A stretch of 64,000 nt of DNA from a virus (Duplodnaviria; Caudoviricetes): positions 64,001 through 128,000 of IMG/VR virus record IMGVR_UViG_2920693923_000001. One strand, given 5' to 3'. The notes under the pieces were generated by a model, which saw nothing but the letters and a program-made list of their open reading frames with translations, searched no databases and was not told the DNA's origin. The translations under genes were made by a program, and so were the position numbers. This document shows, one piece after another, positions 22,939 through 33,139 of the stretch (position 1 is its first letter; every line of letters starts with the position of its first letter).

Positions 22939-25427
22939 GGTTAATTCCTCCGATAGAGGATAGTATAACAGAATATTAAAAGAAAGAAAAGGTGGTTGAT
23001 GAATATGTTCGGTGGACTGTTAGCGTTCTTAGGTATTTATGGAGCAAGTGCTGCAAAGGCAGCTAAAGATAACTATGATATGAAGAAAACTACTCGTACA
23101 GTTGATGAAAACGGAAATGTTCATTATATGGATAGACTTTGCAATGATTACATCAATGGAGAGCAAGTAAAGAGAGTTGAAACAACAGACAGGAACGGAG
23201 TTAAATTATATTCTACAGTTGGTGTTAATAGCAGTAAGGTGTACGACACTTCTTATGGAAGAGGTACACAGCAGTTATTTGCAATGAGTGAACATGATAA
23301 ACAGGAAAATCTAAAATACGGAAAAAATGTATATAGTCAATACAATCCATATTTCGGAAAAACTGTTACAACTGAAATTAGTTCAGGCAGAACAATTACT
23401 TGTTTGTTTAGTGGGAAGAATCAAAAGACTGGCAAAGAGTTCTATAGAGTATGGTATTTCCGTCCAGAATGTCAAGGAAAGCTTGATTATAATACGACTG
23501 TTGATGGCGATATGGGAATTGAAATTACAAAAGAAGAATTTAATAAGTTAAATTTTGGAGCTTTGACATGTACATGTATGCCAAGTGATTATGATGTAGT
23601 CCATGCATTATGGGGTGATAGGTAATGAATAAACAGAGAAGAGAAAAGATAAGGCAACTCAAAACTCAAATTGATTTGATTAAAACTGATTTGAAGAAAG
23701 TTTCAAGCGAGTTGTCTTCTATATTAAGTGAAGAACAGGATACATTCGATAACATGCCGGAAGGATTACAAAGTAGTTATAGAGGAATGTGTTCTGAAGA
23801 TGCTATTGATAATATGGAAGGAGCGAACGAGAAACTTGATGAAGTGATTGAGTTGTTGAATGATATTGTGTAGAATGGAAACAAGTAAATAATAGTTTCA
23901 TTTGAAGATTGGAGGTAAAAAATATATGAAATATGGAGATATAGTTGTATATAAAAATCAGATTGGAACAGTAGTAAAAAGCGAAAATGATTTTAAGTTC
24001 CATCCGTGTAATTATGGAAGTTGCTATTTTAGCGAGTTAAATACAATTACAGACGAGGATGTAAGAGAAGCAACACATGATGAAAAGTTGGAACTGATAG
24101 AAAAAGAATTTACATGGGGCAATGTGATTAAAATACATTACATTGGAGAATATCAGATTGTAGAGTATATTGATAAAAGAGATAAGAAAACATTTTATCA
24201 CGGATACATTAACTACAGCGATATAAATCGTTCGTACTCATCTCTTGATTCTGCATTGATTGGATGTATTGGATACAAACGTGAGGGTGGAAATGGTAAA
24301 GCTGCAATGTATTTTGATAAAATGATTGGTTTGGAATAAATTTATTAGAAGATTGGAGAATAAAAATATGATTTGTTTAGATTGCGGAAATATGGATATT
24401 CGATATGATGAAAAAGAGAAATCATATCATTGTAATAATTGTGGTTCGAGAAATATTGGTACAAGAAAAGAAGGGTGTAAATATATGCTAGGAAATGGAT
24501 TGTGTGGTAAAAATCCTGCATGTACGTCATCTGGAAAATGTGAAGCACCATGTAGCTATTATGAAAAATAGTAGGAAACCAGAAATGCAAATTAGCCAGG
24601 ATGAGTTTTTAGAGTTGTGTAAGGAAGCTGGAATTAAATAGATTGGAGAGTGAATGACATGTTATATACAATAGTACATACAGTAATTAATAATAGAGGA
24701 GAACACCCAGAAGCAAACGCAAGAGTGCTTGGAATATTTTCTGATAGAGAAACCGCAATCCAAGAAGCTGAGAAATGGATTGACAACACAAAAACATCTG
24801 ATGTAAATATTAAGAGAGTAACGGAAACTGAATGGTATTTCTGGTATGAAGAAAACGGAAATACTTATGGTGGATATGTTAATGTGTATGGAAATGAATT
24901 AGATAAGAAAGTAGTGTAGAAAGGAGCATGATTGTATGAATAGCAATTTTAGGGAATATAAAGGATATGTAATAAAAAAGATAACTATTCACACAGTAAA
25001 TGGTGCTTGTCTTGCATCATATGAAGTATATGCAAATAAATATAAAGATAGATTATGGATCGGAGATAAATTGAAAGATGCAAAAGCATGGATTGACAAT
25101 AACGGAAATAAATTAGATGAATTTTAACAAACAAGTCTTATTAGAAAGGAGAAAATATTATGACGAATTATGAATTGATTAAGAACATGAGTATTGAAGA
25201 TATGGCAAAGATGAATGTAAGAGCTTTTCATTATATGGGTGGATATAGAGCACAGACTGATTTTTATACAACGGATCAGCACATATTTGATACAAGAGAA
25301 GAAGCAGAGAATTATGAGTTGGAATGGTTGAAGTCGAATGAAGATATTGATACATTCAATACAATTACTTTAAAAAAATAACGATGTAATTAAATTTAAC
25401 TTTTATGTGCAATGTTAATACATTGTA

Positions 25428-25456
25428 TTGACAAAGGCAAAAATGGAGAATATAAT
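25428..25456 (+). promoter_or_regulatory. Consensus sigmaA promoter of the TA operon
   Basis: TTGACA-17-TATAAT. Confidence 0.85.
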
Positions 25457-25480
25457 AATATTAAGAAAGGAGTGATATAT

Positions 25481-25798
25481 ATGGCAAATACAAATGTAAC
25501 AATGAGAATTGATGAAGCACTGAAAGTACAATTACAGGAACTGATGTCTAATCTTGGAATGGATATGACTACTTTCTTTACAATGGCTGCTAAACAAGCC
25601 GTAAGAGAACAGGCTTTACCATTTCATCCTGATATGAATACGGGAATATATGGTTTGAAATCATATCAGTTAGCAATGAAAAATACAAATTACAATAAAG
25701 AAGGGAAAGCAACAATATCTTCTGTTGACGATTGGGCAACCGAATCAGAATGGGATGATATGTTTGAGCAAATGAAAAAAGAAAGAGGTATCGAATAA
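25481..25798 (+). CDS. RelB/DinJ-family antitoxin
   Basis: MANTNVTMRIDEALK...LGMDMTTFF...AVREQALPF. Confidence 0.85.
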   Translation: MANTNVTMRIDEALKVQLQELMSNLGMDMTTFFTMAAKQAVREQALPFHPDMNTGIYGLKSYQLAMKNTNYNKEGKATISSVDDWATESEWDDMFEQMKKERGIE

Positions 25799-26133
25799 TG
25801 AACAAAGGAGAAGTGTGGTTTGTTGAATTTCCGTTAGAAGAAGATCCAAGTAGAATACTGAATAGACCTGTTGTTGTGCTTGATGAAAATTTACTTGGTG
25901 TATTATCTGTCAAGATAACAAAGCATAAGGCAAGAAAAGAAGATCCTTATGATACTCCTATTATCTATTGGGAAGAAGCGAGTTTGAGATTGGCTTCAAC
26001 TGCGAGAGTATCAAAAGTAACGCTACTTACAAAAGATAGCTTTATATTCAAAATCGGTGATTTACACAAAGATGATTTGAATAGAATTGAAAACATGTAT
26101 AGAAAATTTTTAGAAGATAATGGTGCTGTATAA
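25798..26133 (+). CDS. PemK/MazF-family toxin
   Basis: KGEVWFVEFP...RPVVVL...ITK; TAATG coupling to the antitoxin. Confidence 0.85.
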   Translation: MNKGEVWFVEFPLEEDPSRILNRPVVVLDENLLGVLSVKITKHKARKEDPYDTPIIYWEEASLRLASTARVSKVTLLTKDSFIFKIGDLHKDDLNRIENMYRKFLEDNGAV

Positions 26134-27265
26134 ATTATAGCACCATTACTTATTAAAACAGAGAATATTAAAGTAACAAGAAACCAAGTTTTCTTGTGAC
26201 ATGGAGGTGTTTATAATTGATATATCGTTTACCCAGAACGGAAATATTTAATAATTCAAACAAAATTATTTTTGAAAGTATAAATTTTGGAGAAATTATA
26301 ATAGATAAGACAAAGAAGATAATAATTAATAATGATGTGGATATTACTGACAAAATAGATAAACTATTTTGCGGAAACACATTAGATTATAATCTTGCGA
26401 CAGTTTTACATAAAATATTACATAACAAAATTGATGAAAAATGCCGAGATTATTTACGGAAATTTGATAAAGTAACAGTAAAATAAAAAAGAAATCTAAG
26501 TTTACTATGGAAGGAGAATATCATGATGAATAATTTTTTATTAACGTATTCTGTTCCAGATCTAAATGGAATGGGTAGAATAAACATGTACAAATGGTTT
26601 GAGAATGAAGACGAACTTCATAGTTTTGTAGTCAAAGAGAAAAATTTGTATCAAAATGGTTTTATAGTTAATGAAGCAATGGAGATTTTGAATGACCGTC
26701 AAATTTTTACTGGCGGTGATTTGCCAAAAAGAAATTGAAATTTAACTTTCCTTGGAGGTGATATGTCATAAAAGAACACAAAAAGCAATGGATACTCAAT
26801 TATATGTCACAACATAAAGATGAGTTTATTGATATTGTATCAGAGAATTTTGTAAACGCATATATAAATGAGTTTAATCCGAAAATAGTAGAATGGTATC
26901 TATATGGAGCGCCGAAAGTTCCTGAAATTGGTAGGCTGCTCGCAGAATTATACAAAGAGAATAAAGTAAGTAGATATAGGCATTATTGCGAATTTTGGCA
27001 AGACGGATATCCAAAATGGTTTTATATTTACTTTTTACAAGGATAAAAAGAAAGAATGATTTACTTGGAAGATTGGAAGAGGTGATATAGATGGATAGAA
27101 AACGAAATAATCCTACATGGTGTTGCGATCAAATTGAAGAGAAGATTAATGATTATAAAAGTTCACTTGCAGAAATTAAAGAAGAAGAAGTAAAAAGACA
27201 GTTGGAAATTGTAATTGATGATTTGGAAACAATTTTATATGGGTAGATTGGAAGAGGTGATATGA

Positions 27266-27931
27266 ATGAACAAAAAAGAAGAATTAAAAAGATTAATTGA
27301 CAATCCTTTAAAACCAAATGCAGTTGAATGGGCAATGGATTCTGAAGATGTTTTGTCAAACATGAATTTACTTTCACCAGAAACTAAAAATTGCATTAAC
27401 ACGATAAAAGATCATGGAGGTGCATTTAAGCAATATAATGATGCTCTTGTTGCTATTTTAAAACGGGCGTATAAATCTATTGCAAATGTAATAACTCCTC
27501 CACCAATTAAGTCAAGACATCAAGTGTTTGTTGCAATGTGCTTTGATGATGAAAGAGAACGTCTGTATAAAGATGTTCTTACACCAATCGTACAAGCTGC
27601 TAATTATTCTATCGTCAAGGTGAACGACCAAGAATACGAAGGTTCTATTATTGGAAAAATTGTGGATGATATAACTGACTCAACTATTTTAATTGCCGAT
27701 CTTACAGGGAATCGTGGTGGAGTTTATTATGAGCTTGGTATTGCCAAAGGATTGCAGCTTTGTAATCATCCAATAAGAACTATACTTACTTGTGATAAAG
27801 CATTTTTTGATGATGAAAAGGTTCATTTTGATGTACAAGGTGATAATATTATTCTTTATACATCTGACGAGGATTACAAAGAAAAATTATCTCGCAGAAT
27901 TCAATCATATAAAAATGAAATGAATGGTTAA
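27266..27931 (+). CDS. Nucleoside-deoxyribosyltransferase/TIR-like fold protein
   Basis: VFVAMCF...IVDDITDSTILIADLTGNRGGVYYELGIA...HFDV. Confidence 0.65.
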   Translation: MNKKEELKRLIDNPLKPNAVEWAMDSEDVLSNMNLLSPETKNCINTIKDHGGAFKQYNDALVAILKRAYKSIANVITPPPIKSRHQVFVAMCFDDERERLYKDVLTPIVQAANYSIVKVNDQEYEGSIIGKIVDDITDSTILIADLTGNRGGVYYELGIAKGLQLCNHPIRTILTCDKAFFDDEKVHFDVQGDNIILYTSDEDYKEKLSRRIQSYKNEMNG

Positions 27932-28601
27932 AATGACGATATCTTTGAAAAAGAGGGATATTATGTTTGATAATAAACAAGATAATAAAATTGAACTTAT
28001 AAGGAATTTATTCATTGCAGGTTCAAGTGCAATTCCTGTAGTTGGTGGTACTCTTTCTGTTTTACTAGATAAATATTTACCTAGTGCAATAGAGAAAAGA
28101 AGGACTGATTTCTTAAAACAATTAGAAATAGATTTTAATAAACTACCGTATGAAATAATTAATAGTTTGGAGTCAAATGAGTGTTTTTATTCTATTTTCT
28201 TAAAAGTTTTAAGTCAGGTAACATATGAACATAAAACAGAAAAAATAAATGCATTTAGAAATATCCTTATAAATTCAACGCTAATAACAGATATCGAATT
28301 CAATGAAGTGGAGTATTTTATTAAACTAATAAATTCTTTGTCGATAGATCAAATAAAAATATTACATCTATTTTATTTAAGAGATTATAAAAAGGAAATA
28401 GAATTTACTGATATTAACAAATTTATCGACAAGCATTGGAAAGTAGATCCATCATATCGTTGGAGTCTAGTAACAGAACTTATTAGAGATGGGCTTATTT
28501 CTTCTTCAATAGAACGGCAACATAAAAAAGGAAAGGGCATTCAATTATCAAAAATGGGAGAAGATTTTATAAATTACATATTTAACCCGGTTTCAATTTA
28601 A
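27924..28601 (+). CDS. Abi-alpha/DUF4393-like protein
   Basis: IPVVGG...EKINAFRNILIN...LSIDQIKIL and a C-terminal wHTH-like LSKMGEDFI. Confidence 0.45.
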   Translation: MVKMTISLKKRDIMFDNKQDNKIELIRNLFIAGSSAIPVVGGTLSVLLDKYLPSAIEKRRTDFLKQLEIDFNKLPYEIINSLESNECFYSIFLKVLSQVTYEHKTEKINAFRNILINSTLITDIEFNEVEYFIKLINSLSIDQIKILHLFYLRDYKKEIEFTDINKFIDKHWKVDPSYRWSLVTELIRDGLISSSIERQHKKGKGIQLSKMGEDFINYIFNPVSI

Positions 28602-28667
28602 TAAATATTTAGAAATGAAAAATTGCTTTCTTGTTGAAGGCGAATCAAATATAGAAATAAGCATTAG

Positions 28668-28692
28668 AAGCAGAAACAACTGCTTCTTTTTT
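28668..28692 (+). terminator. Intrinsic terminator
   Basis: GAAGCAG-AAACAA-CTGCTTC-TTTTT. Confidence 0.75.
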
Positions 28693-28693
28693 A

Positions 28694-28993
28694 TTGCAAA
28701 AAAATGAGGTGATAAACATGAAATGCAAAAATGGAAATCCAAAGCGAAGCAGTAGATTTATATGTTTGAAATGTATGCAACTTAATCCATGCGGATCAGG
28801 TATACAACGAGGTGGACATCAACGTGAAAAATATCATATTAAAGATTTGATGTGCTTATATTGTAAAGATGAGAAAGCAACTAAAAATATAGAAATCCGT
28901 TGGTGCGATAATTATGATGAAATTTATGCAAAAGCAATGGAAATCAGAGAAAAATATTATAAAGAAGATAATAATGATAGAAGGGTAGGTTGA
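28694..28993 (+). CDS. Zinc-ribbon protein
   Basis: CLKC...HIKDLMCLYC. Confidence 0.6.
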   Translation: MQKNEVINMKCKNGNPKRSSRFICLKCMQLNPCGSGIQRGGHQREKYHIKDLMCLYCKDEKATKNIEIRWCDNYDEIYAKAMEIREKYYKEDNNDRRVG

Positions 28994-30030
28994 TAAATAT
29001 GACACAGAGTAGAAATTATGCAAATAAGAAGGCAGGTTATGACACTGAGGGAGATCCATTGTGGAATATGGATGATATTAAGCGTTTAGTTGAATGGTTC
29101 GAGAAGCATAATGATTGGGATGGCTATTTAATAACGTTATTTGAGCTTTTGCTCGGTAGACGAATAGGTGATATCGTATGCTTGAGATGGTCTGACTTCT
29201 ACAAAAAAGATGGAAGAAAAGAAAATGAATTAAATCATTTTGTTGAGCAGAAAACAGGCAAAAATAATAAAATGCCGATCAGTAAAATGGTATTTGAGTC
29301 TATAGAAAATTATCTGGAGCATACCAAAATTGATCCTATGCAGCATTATGATGAGGAGATTTTCAAACATTCCGCTAAAGAAAAATGGAACAATATTGAA
29401 CATCAGTATTTTGCGAATGGGAAAAACACTATTACAAACGTTGATCATACAGTTGAAAATTGGATAAATATGTTCAATAGAGACTGGGGAGACAGAAGGA
29501 TTAAGAAAATTCAAGAAGGATTTAATGAACAATTAGGCAAACAATCGAGAAAATATGGTTGTTACGATGATATATTTGATTACATCCATTATGTAGTGGA
29601 ATTAAAGGACGCTATTAAATGGCATACGGATTCATATAGGAAGAGATTTAACCATGCAATTAGAGACATGAACCTGGATTATCGTGTAACAACACATGGC
29701 TTGCGTAAGAGCTTTGCATATTGGATTTATACAATGCACCAGTTTGATCCCAATTGTGTATATTCTATTCAGAAGATGTTTGGACATGTTAACGTATTAC
29801 AGACATATGACTATATGGGTGTTACCAAAATGAGAAACAGAAAATACATTGAAGATCATGGAGATTTTGTGCGGAATGTATTGGCAGGTAAGGGTGACGA
29901 AATTGTAAAGAATATGCCAGTCATTTCTTTAAAATCAGATGATTTTGGAAAGATTATTAGAATGCTTACTGATGATGTTGACAAATATCAAAAAGCAATT
30001 AATATGGCAAATGAAATGAGAGTTGTGTAA
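28990..30030 (+). CDS. Tyrosine recombinase/integrase
   Basis: LLGRRIGD (R), EQKTGK (K), HGLRKS (HxxR), MFGH, TYDY (Y); all catalytic residues present. Confidence 0.9.
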   Translation: MINMTQSRNYANKKAGYDTEGDPLWNMDDIKRLVEWFEKHNDWDGYLITLFELLLGRRIGDIVCLRWSDFYKKDGRKENELNHFVEQKTGKNNKMPISKMVFESIENYLEHTKIDPMQHYDEEIFKHSAKEKWNNIEHQYFANGKNTITNVDHTVENWINMFNRDWGDRRIKKIQEGFNEQLGKQSRKYGCYDDIFDYIHYVVELKDAIKWHTDSYRKRFNHAIRDMNLDYRVTTHGLRKSFAYWIYTMHQFDPNCVYSIQKMFGHVNVLQTYDYMGVTKMRNRKYIEDHGDFVRNVLAGKGDEIVKNMPVISLKSDDFGKIIRMLTDDVDKYQKAINMANEMRVV

Positions 30031-30098
30031 AATAAATTTCCATAAATTACCATGATACAAACTGAGAAAAAAGATGTAAAATTATGTAAAGACGATAC

Positions 30099-30272
30099 TT
30101 ACTGGGTATCGTCTTCATAATGTTTTTTTACTTCATTTGTTATGAGATTGCGTACCCAACCAGAAAGTGATCTACCATCTGAATTAGCTATTATATCAGC
30201 TTTTGTTTTTATCTCTTTTGGAAGTACAATCACAATTCTTGTATTGGTATCGCTAATTTGTCCTTGTGCCAT
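30099..30272 (-). CDS. 57-aa ribbon-helix-helix (CopG-like) regulator
   Basis: MAQGQISDTNTRIVIVLPKEIK...DGRSLSGWVRNLI; AAAGGAG RBS; below the track length cutoff. Confidence 0.8.
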   Translation of the reverse strand: MAQGQISDTNTRIVIVLPKEIKTKADIIANSDGRSLSGWVRNLITNEVKKHYEDDTQ

Positions 30273-30299
30273 TTTTTCTCCTTTCTATTCGAATTAATT

Positions 30300-30395
30300 G
30301 GTATAAGTTGATTATAAGTTGCTATAAGTCTTGTGTCAATTATTTAAAAAAACTGATACAAACCTGTTGACAAGTTGATAGCAACTTGCTATAAT
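30300..30395. promoter_or_regulatory. Divergent promoter region with AAGTTG operator repeats
   Basis: TTGACA(30367)-17-TATAAT whose spacer is the palindrome CAAGTTG..CAACTTG; TATAAGT x3 at 30302-30329. Confidence 0.8.
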
Positions 30396-30427
30396 AAGAA
30401 CAATCAAAGGAAAGGAGGATGTGAGTC

Positions 30428-30778
30428 ATGAATATTAATACATTTGATATTCTATTAATCAATTTTGGCAAAGTAGAATTTGATGGAGAGCAAGCTGGCA
30501 TAAGACCTGCAATAGTTATACAAAATACACTTGGAAACAGATTTAGTGATACAACTATAGTAATACCATTTACTACTAAAATAAAGAATATTGATCAATC
30601 TACACATTCTCTTTTTATGAGAGGAACTGGCGGTTTAACACAAAGTTCAATGTTATTAGGGGAATGTGTTAGACAAGTTTCCAAACAGAGAATAATAAAG
30701 AAGATTGGTTCAATTAGTGATAGGGCGACTAAATTGGAAGTTAAAAGAGTGTATGAATCAAACTTCGGGGAGGTGTAA
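30428..30778 (+). CDS. mazF: PemK/MazF-family endoribonuclease
   Basis: GEQAGIRPAIVIQNTLGNRFSDTTIVIPFTT. Confidence 0.85.
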   Translation: MNINTFDILLINFGKVEFDGEQAGIRPAIVIQNTLGNRFSDTTIVIPFTTKIKNIDQSTHSLFMRGTGGLTQSSMLLGECVRQVSKQRIIKKIGSISDRATKLEVKRVYESNFGEV

Positions 30779-31099
30779 TGTATGGCATACATAATGATGA
30801 CTGTTGAAGAGGCAAAAAAATATGCGAAAAAAGATGCAATCGTCCTTGTTGCAACACAGGATTTAGCATCGCAAGATTGTAATGTTGATTTCGTAAAAAA
30901 GAAATTTGGAGAATGTACTGATATAATTGGATCTGCAAAAACTATTGCAAATATATGTGATGAATTTGTGAATCAACTCAGAGTATTTTCAGATATTCAA
31001 ACAGATCCAATCAACTATGAGTCAACTGGATATCTTAATACGATATTGTTTCGTTCGATGTCCAGAAAAACGGACACTCCATAAGGTATAAATAATACA

Positions 31100-31149
31100 G
31101 AACATATTTTCGATGCAATGTTGACATGTTCGAACAAGTGTTCTATAAT
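31100..31149 (+). promoter_or_regulatory. Consensus sigmaA promoter with an overlapping LexA box
   Basis: TTGACA(31121)-17-TATAAT(31144); GAACAAGTGTTC at 31132-31143; near-box GAACATATTTTC at 31100. Confidence 0.8.
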
Positions 31150-31358
31150 AAGACAAGAAAACAGCCTAACCGATTGATATAAGGTATTGCGAGTACCTTA
31201 AACGGATAGGCTGCCGTACATAACGTGTATACGCTACAACTGTATTGTTACATATTTTCAAATAAATGTCAAATGACATTATCTTTATTTATTTTTATCA
31301 TTGTTGCGTATCGCACATAAATTCATTTACACATAATTCATTCATGGAGAATTAATAA

Positions 31359-31431
31359 TGGGCTGTGGTGAAGCGGTTAACACCCCAGATTTTGACTCTG
31401 GTATTCGTGGGTTCAATCCCCACCAGCCTAG
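31359..31431 (+). tRNA. tRNA-Gln (UUG)
   Basis: Acceptor TGGGCTG/CAGCCTA, anticodon arm CCAGA-TTTTGAC-TCTGG, T-loop GTTCAATC; no encoded CCA. Confidence 0.85.
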
Positions 31432-31463
31432 CTAAAATTAAATATAAGGGAGGTTGTATATGG

Positions 31464-32093
31464 TTGGATTATATTATCAAAAATAGCAAAAAGGTGTATA
31501 TCCGGCTGACTAATAATGGGAAAACAGAAACATGTAATGAAACCAATATGGGTAGGTTTACAGAGCAAAAAGCGAAGAATATTCTAAAGGCTTTACCCAA
31601 AACTCTGAAAAATCTGAATTTCTATGTTGAGTGCATACCAGATATTAAAGTTGAGACACCTGTACAGAAAATTGTCAGAGAAGAGTCTAAGCATGTGATT
31701 GAAAATACTGACTATCATCCATCGGATAATGTGACACAATGGATTGAAAAATTTGGCACATGTTATGACATATTTAAAGAAGCTAGAGACAGATATGAAT
31801 ACTTAGAGAAAGAATTAAGGATGTCTGATTCTAGTTTGATGGATATTTTACATAGTATTGAGCTTGAAACTTCAAAGGATTTGTATTCTGCTTGGCTTCT
31901 ATATAAGAAGATCAGGGAGAATAGAAGGAATAGACGACAGCTCAAGGATGAAATGATGATTATACATAATATTCTGCGAGAAATCGATGAAACCAAGATC
32001 AATCGTGAACGGACAGAAAAGGCGATTGAAGGACTGTTCGATCGTAAATACAGATACAGGATTGTGGAGGAAAATGAAGATGACAATATGTAG
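31464..32093 (+). CDS. Hypothetical coiled-coil protein (TTG start)
   Basis: GGGAGG RBS before TTG 31464; the track start lies inside the tRNA. Confidence 0.7.
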   Translation: MDYIIKNSKKVYIRLTNNGKTETCNETNMGRFTEQKAKNILKALPKTLKNLNFYVECIPDIKVETPVQKIVREESKHVIENTDYHPSDNVTQWIEKFGTCYDIFKEARDRYEYLEKELRMSDSSLMDILHSIELETSKDLYSAWLLYKKIRENRRNRRQLKDEMMIIHNILREIDETKINRERTEKAIEGLFDRKYRYRIVEENEDDNM

Positions 32094-32249
32094 AACATGT
32101 AATGTTCCAATGACAGAAGTGAGAAGATTTACATCGGAACGTAATGAAAAATTCCAGCGTTGTCCGAAGTGCTATGGCGAAACGAAGCACTTAAAGATTT
32201 TTGAGAGAGAATTATATATTGACAATTATTTACATAACAAAGGGGCAAA

Positions 32250-32813
32250 ATGATGAACATTGATCAAATATTATTTATGTACTGTGACAACAATATGGCT
32301 AAGTTAAAGCGTATATGTCAGCCAATGATTGTTAAAATTGGTGGTGTATCAAATAAAGATTATGATGATTTTTATTCTATCGCACTTGATGTATTAAATG
32401 ATACGGCACTTAGATACGATGAAGATCAAGAATGTAATTTTGATGGGTTTTTGGCAAGTAATATTAAGCGTAAATTTAATACAGAGATTCGTGATCGAAA
32501 TAGAGAGAAGAGAATACCTGCAAAAATGGTGGATAGCATACATAATTTAATCACAGAAGATGGACTTACTCTTGAAGATATTATTCCATCTAATTTTGAC
32601 ACATACGAATCTGCGTGTGGAGATCATTTCGAAGGTACAAAAATTGAACGATATCTGAATAATTTGTCTAATATTCAAAGGGAAATAGTCAAATATCTTG
32701 TTCAAGGGTATGATGAGAAGGAGATAAGAGAATCATTACATATGAGTAAAAAAGATTACTCAAATAATTTGTCTGTAATACAGGCTTATGAAAATGTGAA
32801 AATATTAATGTAA
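32250..32813 (+). CDS. Sigma70/ECF-like sigma factor
   Basis: Region-2-like DDFYSIA...YDEDQECNFDGFL and region-4 LSNIQREIVKYLVQGYDEKEIRESL. Confidence 0.7.
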   Translation: MMNIDQILFMYCDNNMAKLKRICQPMIVKIGGVSNKDYDDFYSIALDVLNDTALRYDEDQECNFDGFLASNIKRKFNTEIRDRNREKRIPAKMVDSIHNLITEDGLTLEDIIPSNFDTYESACGDHFEGTKIERYLNNLSNIQREIVKYLVQGYDEKEIRESLHMSKKDYSNNLSVIQAYENVKILM

Positions 32814-32889
32814 CTATATAAGGACTAATTGTTAAGTAATTAAAAACATAGAAATATGTATACAAACATAGGCAAAAGTGAACACATTA

Positions 32890-33135
32890 AATCTTTTGTT
32901 TTATGGCTTAACAATAGGTTTCAAGTCTAAGTGACTGCTACTATTGAAAAATATGTTGCAGATATGAACTATGTTAAGTAGTAAGGTAAAAACACACCTT
33001 TAGATGTAATCTTCAGTCTGAAGCTCTGTGAGTACAAACCAAGAAACAATGCTAATGTTCTGCATTGATAACAGGGAAATACATGTCCTCTACTCGACCT
33101 TGACACGAAGAAAAATTCTCCGAAAGGAAGGTGTC
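32890..33135 (+). ncRNA. omegaRNA/HEARO-like RNA of IscB (boundaries approximate)
   Basis: Lies directly upstream of iscB; HEARO-like blocks CTATGTT, CACC..GATG..CAGTC..GCTCTGTG and CCTTGACACGAAG. Confidence 0.7.
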
Positions 33136-33139
33136 AGAA

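Noticed and set aside
31365-31463. N-terminal extension of track ORF 31365-32093
   Set aside because: It overlaps the tRNA-Gln; the SD supports TTG 31464.
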